Positions 48,035 through 60,407 of a stretch of 64,000 nt of DNA are shown here, piece by piece (position 1 is the stretch's first letter; every line of letters begins with the position of its first letter). The notes under the pieces are model-generated. The model had not been told where the DNA came from and made no database searches. It saw only the letters and a program-made list of their open reading frames with translations. Made by a program: the position numbers and the translations under genes. This stretch comes from Legionellales bacterium (GTDB lineage Bacteria > Pseudomonadota > Gammaproteobacteria > JABCZS01): positions 2,829 to 66,828 of the forward strand of contig JBAZWD010000009.1 in assembly GCA_041660525.1 (NCBI GenBank), read 5' to 3'.

Positions 48035-48800
48035 GCTTCACCTTATTTTCTTCTTCAAGAGCGCCATAGCGCCTATCACGATTTGCAAATTCGCAAATGG
48101 CTTTGTGCAAGGCTGCATCATCAAAATCAGGCCATAAAATATCTGTAAAATATAATTCGGTATAAGCTAGATCCCACAACATAAAATTACTTAAACGTAA
48201 TTCGCCACTGGTGCGAATAAATAGATCAGGCTCAGGTAATTGCGCTAATGCCACATGTTGGCTGATCAATTCAGGCGTAATAGCGTCTGGTTGAATTAAG
48301 CCCTGCTGCACTTTCTGGGCAATTTTTTGCATCGCAACGCTGAGATCCCAGCGGCCACCGTAATTAATAGCAATAGAAAGATTAAGTCCGGTGTTGTTTG
48401 CAGTTTTTTGTTCAGCATGTTTGATCGCTTTTTGCAAATCAGGGCTCAAACCTTGGTGATCACCTATAATGCGTAAGCAGACATTATTAGCATGTAAAGT
48501 TTCTATTTCATCGATTAAAGTGGAATAAAATAAATTCATTAAAAACTGCACTTCTTGCGCAGGTCTTCCCCAGTTTTCACTGCTAAAAGCAAATAATGTT
48601 AACGCTTTGATATTCCATTGACCGCAGGCAGTGACAACATTGCGCACGGTTTGTATACCGGCACGATGTCCTGCAATACGCGGTAAATGCCGCGACTGTG
48701 CCCACCGACCATTGCCATCCATAATGATAGCAATATGGGCAGGCACCTTAGAGGGCAAAATAAATTGAGAGAGTTGTTCCGCACGTTTTGCTTGATTCAC
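48027..48800 (-). CDS. uppS: Undecaprenyl diphosphate synthase
   Basis: HIAIIMDGNGRWA motif. GTG start. Confidence 0.96.
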   Translation of the reverse strand: MNQAKRAEQLSQFILPSKVPAHIAIIMDGNGRWAQSRHLPRIAGHRAGIQTVRNVVTACGQWNIKALTLFAFSSENWGRPAQEVQFLMNLFYSTLIDEIETLHANNVCLRIIGDHQGLSPDLQKAIKHAEQKTANNTGLNLSIAINYGGRWDLSVAMQKIAQKVQQGLIQPDAITPELISQHVALAQLPEPDLFIRTSGELRLSNFMLWDLAYTELYFTDILWPDFDDAALHKAICEFANRDRRYGALEEENKVKHA

Positions 48801-48820
48801 AAGTAAGTGACTCTTTTTAT

Positions 48821-49375
48821 TTAAACAGACATCAAGTCTTTTTCTTTTTCTTCCAACATTTTATCCACTTGCGCAATAAAATCGTCGGTTATTTTTTGTA
48901 CTTGATCTTCTAAACGGCGTTCATCATCTTCGCTAATGGTTTTGTCTTTCAAAAGCGCTTTAATTGTAGTGTTAGCGTCGCGTCTAATGTTACGAACTGA
49001 AACCCGCGCACCTTCTGTTTCGTGACGTACAACACGTACTAAATCTTTACGACGTTCTTCTGTTAATGCCGGTAATGGAATGCGAATCACGGTACCTGAG
49101 GTTGCTGGATTTAAACCTAAATCAGAAGTGCGGATTGCTTTTTCAATGGCTGCAACCATTTGTCTATCCCAAGGCGTAATACTCAGTGTACGTGCATCTT
49201 CCACATTAATATTAGCCACTTGCGATAAAGGCGATTGCGTTCCGTAATAATCCACTTGAACATGATCAAGCAAACTCGGATGCGCACGACCGCTACGTAA
49301 TTTGTTAAATTCGTTGTGTAAATTTTCTATCGCTTTTTGCATTCTTTTAGATGCATCTTGAACCACATTATTCAT
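48821..49375 (-). CDS. frr: Ribosome recycling factor
   Basis: 184 aa. Typical Frr sequence and synteny. Confidence 0.97.
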   Translation of the reverse strand: MNNVVQDASKRMQKAIENLHNEFNKLRSGRAHPSLLDHVQVDYYGTQSPLSQVANINVEDARTLSITPWDRQMVAAIEKAIRTSDLGLNPATSGTVIRIPLPALTEERRKDLVRVVRHETEGARVSVRNIRRDANTTIKALLKDKTISEDDERRLEDQVQKITDDFIAQVDKMLEEKEKDLMSV

Positions 49376-50106
49376 TCGCTAGTGCTCCTTGAAACTAATG
49401 TGCCTTCATCTTCCCCTTGGATAATACGTGATAAGGCGCCAGATTTTTTAATACTGAATACACGAATCGGCATATCGTAATCACGGCATTGGCAAAATGC
49501 AGCCAAATCCATAATACCTAATTCATGTTCCAAAGCTTTTGTATAAGTTAAATGCGTATAACGCGTTGCAGTTTTATCGATGCTAGGATCAGCTGTATAA
49601 ATACCATCTACATTAGTGGCTTTAATTAACAAATCTGCTTTGATTTCTATCGCACGTAAACTCGCAGCTGAATCTGTTGTCACTAAAGGATTGCCGGTAC
49701 CGCCTGCAAAAATAACCACGCGATTACGGCCTAAATGTTGTATGGCTTTACGTCTATCGTAATGATCCACTAAACCACTCATGGGAATAGCTGACATGAC
49801 ACGCGTAATAATACCCATGCGTTCTAATGCATCGCGCATCGCTAATGCATTCATGACTGTTGCTAACATACCCATGTTATCAGCGGTAATACGATCAATA
49901 CCGGCTTGCGATAAGGTGATGCCACGCACAAGATTGCCACCGCCTATCACTAAGCCTAATTGCACGCCCATATTCACTACTTCTTGAATTTCAGAAGCAA
50001 TACGTTCGAGCACTTTCGCATCAATACCGGAAGTTCCACCCCCGGTTAAAGCTTCACCGCTGAGCTTTAATAAAATGCGTTTATAAACAGCCTTTTTTTC
50101 AGGCAT
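49372..50106 (-). CDS. pyrH: UMP kinase
   Basis: [13 protein letters not shown] start. 244 aa. Confidence 0.97.
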   Translation of the reverse strand: MPEKKAVYKRILLKLSGEALTGGGTSGIDAKVLERIASEIQEVVNMGVQLGLVIGGGNLVRGITLSQAGIDRITADNMGMLATVMNALAMRDALERMGIITRVMSAIPMSGLVDHYDRRKAIQHLGRNRVVIFAGGTGNPLVTTDSAASLRAIEIKADLLIKATNVDGIYTADPSIDKTATRYTHLTYTKALEHELGIMDLAAFCQCRDYDMPIRVFSIKKSGALSRIIQGEDEGTLVSRSTSE

Positions 50107-50108
50107 CT

Positions 50109-50993
50109 TTATTTGCTCCCAGCTACTTGCGCCATAACTTCACTGGCAAAATCCACTTCTTCTTTCTCGATACCTTCGCCAACGGCAAAACGTGCAAAAG
50201 AAACGACTTCTGCTTTTTTAGCTTTGAGTAAAGCGCCAACAGTTGTGTCAGGATCTTTAACATAGGCTTGTCCTAATAAGCTGACTTCATCAAGGAATTT
50301 ATTTAGTTTACCTTGAATCATTTTTTCAATTACTTCAGCAGGTTTGCCACTTTCTTGTGCTTGCGCAATATAAATGGCTTTTTCTTTAGCAATAACATCT
50401 TCTGAAACATCTGTGGGTGATACCACTTGAGGACTATTCGCAGCAATATGCATGGCTATATTTTTCGCTAAGTCTGTATCTTCGCCTTTAGCATGTACAA
50501 GCACACCGATACGACCACCGTGTACATACATACCTAATTTACCTTCTTTGGCATCAAACAATGCAAGACGACGAATGTTAATATTCTCGCCAATTTTTGC
50601 AACCAAGGTTTTGCGATTTTCCTCAACAGTGCCTTCGTCATTTAAGCGTGCTTGCGCTAATTGGGCAACATCAGCAATTTTCTTGTCTAACGCTAATTGT
50701 GTTACTGCACGTGTGAAATCAAGGAAATTGGAATCACGTGCCACGAAATCAGTTTCGCAATTGATTTCTGTCATCACGGCAGCGGTTTCTTCTGCGTTCA
50801 TGCAAATGGTGATTAATCCTTCTGCTGCTGTACGATGCGCTTTTTTATCAGCTTTTGCTTGACCTGCAGTACGCATGGCCGTAATCGCTTCTTCAATATT
50901 GCCTTTTGAATTAACCAAGGCTTTTTTACATTCCATCATGGGCGCATTTGTGCGCTCACGTAATTCTCTGACTAATGCTGCTGTAATTTCCAT
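50109..50993 (-). CDS. tsf: Elongation factor Ts
   Basis: [24 protein letters not shown] start. Confidence 0.97.
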   Translation of the reverse strand: MEITAALVRELRERTNAPMMECKKALVNSKGNIEEAITAMRTAGQAKADKKAHRTAAEGLITICMNAEETAAVMTEINCETDFVARDSNFLDFTRAVTQLALDKKIADVAQLAQARLNDEGTVEENRKTLVAKIGENINIRRLALFDAKEGKLGMYVHGGRIGVLVHAKGEDTDLAKNIAMHIAANSPQVVSPTDVSEDVIAKEKAIYIAQAQESGKPAEVIEKMIQGKLNKFLDEVSLLGQAYVKDPDTTVGALLKAKKAEVVSFARFAVGEGIEKEEVDFASEVMAQVAGSK

Positions 50994-51010
50994 TCATTTC
51001 TCCTAAAATA

Positions 51011-51817
51011 CTATTCTTGTGCAGGGGCTTCATCACCTTGTGCTGCGGATTCTGCAGCTTTGGTACGTGGTTTACGTTTTGCTTTCACCACAACTTCAGG
51101 TTCTGCTTCCACTTCAATAATTTCTTCAACGCCAATATTGGCTTTTGCACGTGCTTCTAAAATAACGTCTGCAATACTGCTGCTGTAAAACTTAATTGCG
51201 CGCATCGCATCGTCATTACCTGGAATTAAGAAATCAACACCTTTGGGTGAATGATTCGTATCGACAACACCAATAACTGGGATACGTAAACGATTGGCTT
51301 CTTGTATCGCGATATTTTCTTGGCCCACGTCTACAACAAATATGGCATCGGGAATACCGCCCATATTTTTAATACCGCCTAAGCTGCGTTCTAATTTCAC
51401 GAGTTCGCGCGCTCTATCTAGTACTTCTTTCTTGCTCAATTGCATAGAAATTTTTTCTTGTGAAGCAAGTAAATCTTTTAAACGACGGATAGATTGGCGA
51501 ACTGTTTTATAATTCGTCAACATGCCGCCTAGCCAACGGTGATCAACATAAGGCATACCACAGCGCTCAGCTTGTTCACGAATCACGACTTGTGCGGAAC
51601 GCTTGGTGCCGACAAATAAAATCTTGCCATTGCGTGCAGCTAAATTGCTGACGAAATTCAAGGCTTCTTCAAATAAAGGTAAGGTTTTTTCAAGATCGAT
51701 AATATGGATTTTATTACGGATTCCGTAAATATAAGGGGCCATTTGTGGGTCCCAATAACGGGTTTGGTGACCAAAATGAACACCGGCTTGTAACATTTCT
51801 TTCATAGACACTGACAT
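51011..51817 (-). CDS. rpsB: 30S ribosomal protein S2
   Basis: [22 protein letters not shown]. Start set at the ATG at 51817 preceded by AAGGAG; the ORF track starts at 51844. Confidence 0.97.
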   Translation of the reverse strand: MSVSMKEMLQAGVHFGHQTRYWDPQMAPYIYGIRNKIHIIDLEKTLPLFEEALNFVSNLAARNGKILFVGTKRSAQVVIREQAERCGMPYVDHRWLGGMLTNYKTVRQSIRRLKDLLASQEKISMQLSKKEVLDRARELVKLERSLGGIKNMGGIPDAIFVVDVGQENIAIQEANRLRIPVIGVVDTNHSPKGVDFLIPGNDDAMRAIKFYSSSIADVILEARAKANIGVEEIIEVEAEPEVVVKAKRKPRTKAAESAAQGDEAPAQE

Positions 51818-51995
51818 AGTAAACTCCTTGGGTTGAACCTCCATTCATCCCACTATTCCACCCTTTTGCAAGGCACCCAGAACAGTGTGTCGATAAATGT
51901 GCGGGATATTAAAAACACATATACGCAAACGCGCTAGACTTTATACCATAACTACCATACAATCTCAACTTTATAACCTATAGATACTTACCACA

Positions 51996-52772
51996 ATGGC
52001 CTTAATCAAAACTGCTCACGATATCGAAAAAATGCGCCACGCTGGCAAGTTGGCTATCCAAGTTTTCGCCTTAATGGACGAGCATGTTAAAGAAGGTGTC
52101 ACTACTGAAGAGTTAGACCAGATTTGCCATGATTTTATCGTCAATGAATTAGGCGCCATTCCAGCAGCTTTAAATTATCCGGGTCATCAGCGCCCTTTTC
52201 CTAAATCTGTCTGCACTTCTGTTAATCATCAAGTTTGCCATGGGATTCCAGGACCTAAAAAATTAAAAGACGGCGATATCGTCAATATCGACGCCGCCAT
52301 TATTAAAGACGGCTATTATGCCGATACCAGCAAAATGTATTTGGTCGGCAAACCTTCGATTCTAGCCAAACGTCTAGTCGATGTGACGCAAGAATGTATG
52401 TATATGGGCATTAAACATGTTAAGCCGGGCGTGCATTTAGGCGATATCGGCGCCATCATCCAACAACATGCCGAAAAAAATGGCTTTTCCGTGGTCCGCG
52501 AATATTGTGGTCATGGCTTGGGTACTGTTTTTCATGAAGAACCTCAGGTATTACATTACGGAAAAATGGGTACTGGAATGGTATTGCAGCCTGGCATGGT
52601 GTTTACCATAGAACCTATGATTAATGCCGGTAAACGTGAGATTAAATTACTGCCCGATGGCTGGACCGTTGTGACTAAAGATCATAGTTTATCTGCGCAG
52701 TGGGAACATACTATTTTGGTCACTGATACTGGCTATGAAATTCTGACTTTACGCCCGGAAGAAAACCCCTAA
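51996..52772 (+). CDS. map: Methionine aminopeptidase type I
   Basis: 258 aa. Typical Map metal-ligand contexts (DIVNIDAA, YADTS, GHGLG, FTIEP, EHT). Confidence 0.97.
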   Translation: MALIKTAHDIEKMRHAGKLAIQVFALMDEHVKEGVTTEELDQICHDFIVNELGAIPAALNYPGHQRPFPKSVCTSVNHQVCHGIPGPKKLKDGDIVNIDAAIIKDGYYADTSKMYLVGKPSILAKRLVDVTQECMYMGIKHVKPGVHLGDIGAIIQQHAEKNGFSVVREYCGHGLGTVFHEEPQVLHYGKMGTGMVLQPGMVFTIEPMINAGKREIKLLPDGWTVVTKDHSLSAQWEHTILVTDTGYEILTLRPEENP

Positions 52773-52846
52773 TCTTTAATGTTTATTTCAGCATTTTATT
52801 AATTCATATTTGTTCTATCATGGTATAATAATCCAATTTATTAATT

Positions 52847-53213
52847 TTGCTAGGTGAACAAGTGATCATTACCAAACATGGCCATCCTGTGGCCCTCATT
52901 ATACCCTTTAAGGAAAAAGAAGAACTTGTGCCTGCAAGTAACATCATTGCACAATTAGAAGCTTTTAATCGCTCTCATAAATTAGGCGGTGAAGATTGGA
53001 AAACACTCAAGGATGAAGGGAGAAAATATAGAAATTGATCAAGAAATGTCAGCACGTGCAAGCCATGAAATATTTTCACTGGCCTCTGCGCAAGGTTTAA
53101 CTACTTATGATGCTACCTATCTTGATCTGGCTATGCGCCTAGGATTACCCTTAGCAACACGCGATCAGGCGTTAATTGCAGCAGCAAATCGCGTGGGCGT
53201 TCAAATAATTTAA
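52847..53213 (+). pseudogene. Decayed Phd/YefM-VapC toxin-antitoxin module (truncated antitoxin plus C-terminal half of PIN toxin)
   Basis: The 63-aa ORF begins at a TTG within ...GEQVIITKHGHPVALIIP, so the N-terminal ~25 aa are absent. The 74-aa ORF carries only the distal PIN region (LTTYDATYLDLAMRLGLPLATRDQALIAAA). The N-terminal catalytic D/E region is missing. Confidence 0.6.
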
Positions 53214-53223
53214 GAGAAACATA

Positions 53224-55123
<1,900 letters not shown>

Positions 55124-55393
55124 TTAACTGGCAATAGCGGTCTCAACCACACTTACAAAACTACGGTTTTTAGCACCTTTACGTTCAAACAAAACCATAC
55201 CGCCTTTTAATGCATATAACGTATGATCTTTGCCGATACCGACATTGGTGCCCGCATGAACATGGGTGCCGCGTTGACGAATAATGATATTACCCGGTTC
55301 AACTTTTTCGCCACCAAAGCATTTCACGCCTAAATATTTAGGATTCGAATCGCGCCCGTTACGGGTACTACCACCCGCTTTCTTATGTGCCAT
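55124..55393 (-). CDS. rpmA: 50S ribosomal protein L27
   Basis: [16 protein letters not shown] start. Confidence 0.97.
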   Translation of the reverse strand: MAHKKAGGSTRNGRDSNPKYLGVKCFGGEKVEPGNIIIRQRGTHVHAGTNVGIGKDHTLYALKGGMVLFERKGAKNRSFVSVVETAIAS

Positions 55394-55398
55394 TTGTT

Positions 55399-55716
55399 TT
55401 AACCCTCGTTATTAATACCGATAATCTTAATTTCGGTAAATGATTGTCTGTGGCCCATTTGTTTCATATGGTGCTTACGACGACGAAATTTAAGAATATG
55501 AACTTTTTTAGCGCGACCATGTTTGATCACTTCAGCAATAACACTGACGCCAGCTACTGAAGGCGTACCTACTGTTAGCTGATCACCATTAGAAACCATT
55601 AGCACATGGTCAAATGTAAAACCATGCCCAACTGCATAATCCAATTTTTCTACCACCAATTTTTGGCCCTCGACGACCCGGTATTGTTTACCGCCTGTTT
55701 TAATCACCGCGTACAT
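55399..55716 (-). CDS. rplU: 50S ribosomal protein L21
   Basis: [14 protein letters not shown] start. Confidence 0.97.
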   Translation of the reverse strand: MYAVIKTGGKQYRVVEGQKLVVEKLDYAVGHGFTFDHVLMVSNGDQLTVGTPSVAGVSVIAEVIKHGRAKKVHILKFRRRKHHMKQMGHRQSFTEIKIIGINNEG

Positions 55717-55743
55717 TTAGAATCCCCCTTCATCAAGCGGTTC

Positions 55744-55772
55744 ATTCTAAAGCAGTTTTGCACTTGACACAA
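55744..55772 (-). promoter_or_regulatory. Candidate sigma-70 promoter for rplU-rpmA-obg
   Basis: Minus strand TTGTGT (55772-55767), 17 nt, TAGAAT (55749-55744). A plus-strand TTGACA (55764-55769) overlaps the -35 and faces ispB. Confidence 0.3.
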
Positions 55773-55815
55773 GCCCCTAATTTACGTAACACTGGCGCAA
55801 AAGAGGATAAACCTT

Positions 55816-56769
55816 ATGGAATTAAGCGAGATTCGCGCTTTAATACAGCCTGAATTAGAAGCAGTGGATGCTCTTATTCATCAACGTGCCTCCGCACAAC
55901 TAGAGCTGGTAAACTCACTAACTAGTCATGTTGCACAAGCAGGCGGTAAACGTTTACGTCCTACTATTTTATTATTAGTTGCTAAGGCCTTTAATTATGT
56001 GGGGAATGATCACATTACTCTAGCAGCGGCTACAGAGTTGGTTCATACCGCAAGCTTATTGCATGATGATGTTGTGGATGAATCCACCATGCGCCGCGGA
56101 ATAGCCACAGCCAATCAAATTTGGGGTAATACCGCCAGTGTATTAGTCGGTGATTTTCTTTATTCACGCGCAGGTGAATTGGCCATCGCACTTGAAAATG
56201 TTGCCATCATTAAAGCTTTTGCCAGCAGCACACATTTGCTTACGCAAGGTGAAATTATTCAACTGATGCATAGACGTAATTTTAATATGACGATGCAAGA
56301 TTATTTGGATATTATCACCCTTAAAACAGGCCGTTTATTTGAACTTTCCAGTGAACTTGCAACTTTGCTTGCCTCCCCAAATCACATTGATGCTGCAAAA
56401 GCCTATGGATTAAATTTGGGTATCGCTTTTCAAATGATGGATGATATTCTAGATTATCAAGGTGATGCGCAGCAAATCGGTAAAAATGTGGGCGATGATT
56501 TACGTGATGGAAATTTAACGCTACCTTTATTGTATATTTTAAAAAATGAAAACCAATCGCACATTGAAGCGGTAAAACAAGCAGTAAATTCCGGTGAACT
56601 TGAACCCTTACAACAAGCAATTATAGAATCTAATTCCATAAAACATACACAAGAAATGGCACTGGAATATATGCAAAAATCCCTCGATGCTTTAAACGAA
56701 TTCCCTCAAAATACCTACACGGATGCATTGAAAGCTATCGCACATTTTTCTATAAAAAGGAATCATTAA
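55816..56769 (+). CDS. ispB: Octaprenyl-diphosphate synthase
   Basis: Two DDxxD motifs (LLHDDVVDES, QMMDDILD). Divergent from rplU as in E. coli. Confidence 0.93.
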   Translation: MELSEIRALIQPELEAVDALIHQRASAQLELVNSLTSHVAQAGGKRLRPTILLLVAKAFNYVGNDHITLAAATELVHTASLLHDDVVDESTMRRGIATANQIWGNTASVLVGDFLYSRAGELAIALENVAIIKAFASSTHLLTQGEIIQLMHRRNFNMTMQDYLDIITLKTGRLFELSSELATLLASPNHIDAAKAYGLNLGIAFQMMDDILDYQGDAQQIGKNVGDDLRDGNLTLPLLYILKNENQSHIEAVKQAVNSGELEPLQQAIIESNSIKHTQEMALEYMQKSLDALNEFPQNTYTDALKAIAHFSIKRNH

Positions 56770-56770
56770 T

Positions 56771-57292
56771 ATGTCTTTAAAAAATACGACTCAAAAATTT
56801 GGAAGCGTTAGTAAATTTTTTCATTGGACTATTTTTTTATGCGTGAGTGCGCAGATTTATTTTGTGTGGGTTTTTAAAGATATGTATTGGCATAAAGCTA
56901 TTGGCGCAACGGTTTTATTGCTAGCGATTTTTTGGCTCATCTGGCGTATGTTTAATGTAGTGCCTACACCTAAACCCGGCCCGAATAACTGGCAATATTA
57001 TGCGGCTAAAATTGCGCATAATTTATTATTTGCCTGCATTATTCTTTTGCCCATCAGTGGCATTATTATGGGGATGGCGTTTAACCGCAGCTTCGATTGG
57101 TTTGGAATTTACACCATAACCCCCTTTAGTTTTATTCCACAAAATGAAACTTTCGGAGGTTATTTTAGTCTTGCACACACAATAATCGGTTATAGCCTCG
57201 TTGCTCTTGTGAGCGTGCATATCTTAGGCGCACTTAAGCATCACTTTTTTGATAAAGATGATGTGCTTAAACGGATGTTACCTTTTCAATAA
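56771..57292 (+). CDS. Cytochrome b561-family membrane protein
   Basis: 173 aa, 4 TM, conserved His in FFHWTIF and ...HIL.ALKHHF contexts. Confidence 0.8.
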   Translation: MSLKNTTQKFGSVSKFFHWTIFLCVSAQIYFVWVFKDMYWHKAIGATVLLLAIFWLIWRMFNVVPTPKPGPNNWQYYAAKIAHNLLFACIILLPISGIIMGMAFNRSFDWFGIYTITPFSFIPQNETFGGYFSLAHTIIGYSLVALVSVHILGALKHHFFDKDDVLKRMLPFQ

Positions 57293-57740
57293 TAATAGGA
57301 TCTACAGGCACATCTTGATGTCCTGATTTAGGCCCAGTTTTTTGCGTAGCGATGACATCGACAACATCCATGCCTTCGGTGACTTGGCCAAAAACCGCAT
57401 ATTGTTTATCTAAAAAAGCATTATCTTTTAAATTAATAAAAAACTGGCTAGAAGCAGAATTCGGATCATTGGTTCTGGCCATGGCAATACTGCCGCGCAC
57501 ATTTTTTAAACCCGTATCAGCTTCCAGTTTAATGGGATCTTTGCCTTTTTTCTGTTGCATATCAGCGCTCATGCCGCCGCCTTGGATCATAAAGCCAGGG
57601 ATAACGCGATGAAACACTAAATTATCAAAAAAGCCATCCGCCACATAGGCTAAAAAATTAGCTGTAGTAATCGGCGCTTTCTCTTCATTGAGCTCAACGG
57701 TAATATTGCCAAGGTTGGTGGTGATTATAATAGAAGACAT
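57267..57740 (-). CDS. ppiB: Peptidyl-prolyl cis-trans isomerase, cyclophilin type (cytoplasmic)
   Basis: FHRVIPGFMIQGGG motif. No signal peptide. 157 aa. Confidence 0.93.
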   Translation of the reverse strand: MSSIIITTNLGNITVELNEEKAPITTANFLAYVADGFFDNLVFHRVIPGFMIQGGGMSADMQQKKGKDPIKLEADTGLKNVRGSIAMARTNDPNSASSQFFINLKDNAFLDKQYAVFGQVTEGMDVVDVIATQKTGPKSGHQDVPVDPIIIEKVTSV

Positions 57741-57793
57741 AGCCTACTCCTTTTAGAAAAGAGGCTATATTAGCACTATTTATTCAACAGACG

Positions 57794-57928
57794 CTACTCG
57801 CCATCCCACAAGGTGTGGGAAATCGGCGCATTTATTTGCTCATTTTCACTATCAGCGATAAATGCAGCACTATAAGCACTCATGACCAACATGGTCAAAA
57901 AGAGCAAAACCATGGATTGGTTTTTCAT
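57794..57928 (-). CDS. Hypothetical 44-aa secreted peptide (not in the ORF track)
   Basis: Minus strand has GGAGA, 7 nt, then ATG. Translates MKNQSMVLLFLTMLVMSAYSAAFIADSENEQINAPISHTLWDGE then stop. The N-terminus looks like a signal peptide. Confidence 0.35.
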   Translation of the reverse strand: MKNQSMVLLFLTMLVMSAYSAAFIADSENEQINAPISHTLWDGE

Positions 57929-58004
57929 TAGGCAATCTCCAAACTACATATTATTTTAGTTATATAAGTAATGGACAATATTCAAACAAATGTCAAGGAA
58001 ATAG

Positions 58005-58724
58005 CTAAGTATTTGACCTTAAGCCTAATTTCTGTGCGACAATTTCGTAATGCTCGATCACTTGACCGAGATCTTGGCGGAAACGATCTTTGTCGAAAAT
58101 CTCTTGGGTTTTGGCATCCCAAATTCGACAACCGTCTGGGGAGAATTCATCACCGAGGATTAAATGGCCATCTTTATCACGGCCGAATTCCAGTTTGAAA
58201 TCAACCAGCCAAAAACCTGCAGCAGCAAATAAAGGTACTAATAATTCGTTTACGCGATGGGTTAGCTTTTTAATAGCATCAATATCTTCTGCGCTCGCTA
58301 ATCCAAAGCTTAAAATATGTTCATCGCGCAATGGCGGATCGCCCAAAATATCGTTTTTTAGAAAGAACTCGAATAACGGCGGTTGTAATTTACGGCCCTT
58401 TTCTATGCCATAACGTTTACACAAATTACCCGCAGCATAATTGCGAATAACCGCTTCAATAGGAACCATTTTTAAATTTTTAACCATGGCATGCGTGTCA
58501 TCAATACGATGAATTAAATGGGTTTTAATACCATGACTTTGCAAATATTCCATGATATAGGTGTTAATGTCATTATTAACTTTGGCTTTGCCATCAAGCT
58601 GTGCAAATTTTTCCGCATTAAACGCGGTAATATCATTACGAAATTCCATGATCAATTGATCGGGATTTTCACTGTGGTATAAGGATTTAGATTTTCCTTT
58701 GGAAATTAAGTCTAGTTTTTTCAT
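58005..58724 (-). CDS. purC: SAICAR synthetase
   Basis: 239 aa. KGKSKSLY start region and PurC-like sequence throughout. Confidence 0.96.
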   Translation of the reverse strand: MKKLDLISKGKSKSLYHSENPDQLIMEFRNDITAFNAEKFAQLDGKAKVNNDINTYIMEYLQSHGIKTHLIHRIDDTHAMVKNLKMVPIEAVIRNYAAGNLCKRYGIEKGRKLQPPLFEFFLKNDILGDPPLRDEHILSFGLASAEDIDAIKKLTHRVNELLVPLFAAAGFWLVDFKLEFGRDKDGHLILGDEFSPDGCRIWDAKTQEIFDKDRFRQDLGQVIEHYEIVAQKLGLRSNT

Positions 58725-59053
58725 GCGTCATCTTCATCTTCGCGTGTGCCAGTACGCGCTTTTGCGCGCTCCAATTCTTCTTCGGCTCGCTCCCATAAAG
58801 GGTAGCCGCCAGGAGGAACTAAGTTCATGGGTTCTGCATCAGGACCGGGAAGCGGACCTGCGGGAATAATATAAGGTGATTGATAATTTTCAAGCATCAC
58901 GACATCTTCAGGAAGTATTAAAGGCTCGTCGGCTTGTTCATCTAAGTATCTAAGCTCGCGATCAGGATTAAATTCTTGATAATGATGGTGTGCCGTACTG
59001 CAACCAGCCAATAATCCAAGAAAGATAAACCCTGTAATTAATTTATAAAACAT
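58721..59053 (-). CDS. 110-aa lipoprotein at the BamC (NlpB) position
   Basis: Lipobox LLAGC. Lies between dapA and purC exactly where E. coli has bamC. Proline-rich, with an acidic tail. Confidence 0.65.
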   Translation of the reverse strand: MFYKLITGFIFLGLLAGCSTAHHHYQEFNPDRELRYLDEQADEPLILPEDVVMLENYQSPYIIPAGPLPGPDAEPMNLVPPGGYPLWERAEEELERAKARTGTREDEDDA

Positions 59054-59909
59054 TTAAAGCCTCATTTAACGCTGTATGATATTGTACAGATAATGGCGTT
59101 AAAGGCAATCGAATCCCGGATGGGATTAAACCCATTTTATGCAGCGCCCATTTTACGGGTATAGGATTGGATTCTAAAAACAAATTTTGATGCAGTGCTT
59201 GCAATTGCTTATCGAGCTTATGACCCAATTCCACATCACCCGCTAACATTGCATCACAAAATTGACGCATTAAGCGCGGCGCCACATTAGCTGTTACCGA
59301 AATAACACCCTGACCGCCTACTTTTAATAATTCATAAGCCGTCGCATCATCGCCACTTAAAACAGCCATTTGGTCTGCTGCGTATTGAACTAAGGTTTGA
59401 TAACGATTATTTTCACTGACACATTCTTTGATACCCACAATATTGGCATAACCTACCAATTGTTTAACCGTTTCTGGTAATAAATCACAAGCAGTACGAC
59501 CTGGGGCATTGTATAAAATTTGTGGAATAGACACGCTATCGGCAATTTTTTGATAATGTAGTAATAAACCTGCTTGTGTAGGCTTAACACAATAAGGCGT
59601 TAAAATTAAACATGCATCGACACCTAATTCTTTTGCCGTTTGGGTAAGTTCTATGGTTTTTTGCGTAGAATTTGTACCTGTTCCCGCGAGCACAGGAACC
59701 CGTGCACGCGTCTCTAATAAGACTTCACGTACCACTTGTTGGTATTCAAGAAACGTTAACGCTGCGGCTTCGCCCGTTGTTCCGGCGGCAATAATGCCTT
59801 GTGTGCCTTGTTCAATATGCCACGCTACTAAATCACGCAAAGCAGAAATATCGAGACTGCCGTCTGCATGCATGGGTGTAACGAGTGCCACTAAACTTCC
59901 AGAAAACAT
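59043..59909 (-). CDS. dapA: 4-hydroxy-tetrahydrodipicolinate synthase
   Basis: MFSGSLVALVTPM start. 288 aa. Confidence 0.96.
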   Translation of the reverse strand: MFSGSLVALVTPMHADGSLDISALRDLVAWHIEQGTQGIIAAGTTGEAAALTFLEYQQVVREVLLETRARVPVLAGTGTNSTQKTIELTQTAKELGVDACLILTPYCVKPTQAGLLLHYQKIADSVSIPQILYNAPGRTACDLLPETVKQLVGYANIVGIKECVSENNRYQTLVQYAADQMAVLSGDDATAYELLKVGGQGVISVTANVAPRLMRQFCDAMLAGDVELGHKLDKQLQALHQNLFLESNPIPVKWALHKMGLIPSGIRLPLTPLSVQYHTALNEALNVL

Positions 59910-59963
59910 ATAGACGACCTTATGATTAAAACGCTATTATAACCTTAGCAAAGGAGCACAGCA

Positions 59964-60407
59964 ATGATCACAGAATATTCATTAATTATTAGTCCTGAAT
60001 TAACCATTATTTCCCAAGACTTACGCGGTAAAAATGTCGTCTTGTATTTTTATCCTAAAGACAATACGCCCGGTTGCACCAATGAAAGCAAAGACTTTGC
60101 AAGGCTTTATCCTGAATTTAAACAAACCAATACAGAAATCTTTGGTATATCTCGCGATAGTTTTAAATCGCATGCCAATTTTAAAACCAAATACAATCTG
60201 CCTTTTGACTTAGTCTGTGACTTGGACGAAAAATTATGCAAACAATTCGACGTGCTGTGGCCCAAAAATATGTTTGGTAAAATCGTCAATGGTATTGTGC
60301 GTAGTACGTTTTTAATCGATAAAAATGGTGAACTCAAACAAGAATGGCGTAAAGTCAGTGTGGGTGGTCATGCACAAGCTGTGCTGGAAACTGCTTTAAC
60401 ATTATGA
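59964..60407 (+). CDS. bcp: Thiol peroxidase Bcp (peroxiredoxin Q)
   Basis: YFYPKDNTPGCTNE active-site motif. Confidence 0.93.
   Translation: MITEYSLIISPELTIISQDLRGKNVVLYFYPKDNTPGCTNESKDFARLYPEFKQTNTEIFGISRDSFKSHANFKTKYNLPFDLVCDLDEKLCKQFDVLWPKNMFGKIVNGIVRSTFLIDKNGELKQEWRKVSVGGHAQAVLETALTL

Noticed and set aside
51845-51995. Possible conserved rpsB 5' leader (S2 autoregulatory structure) upstream of rpsB
   Set aside because: I cannot recall the consensus well enough to verify it by eye. It needs an Rfam/Infernal scan.
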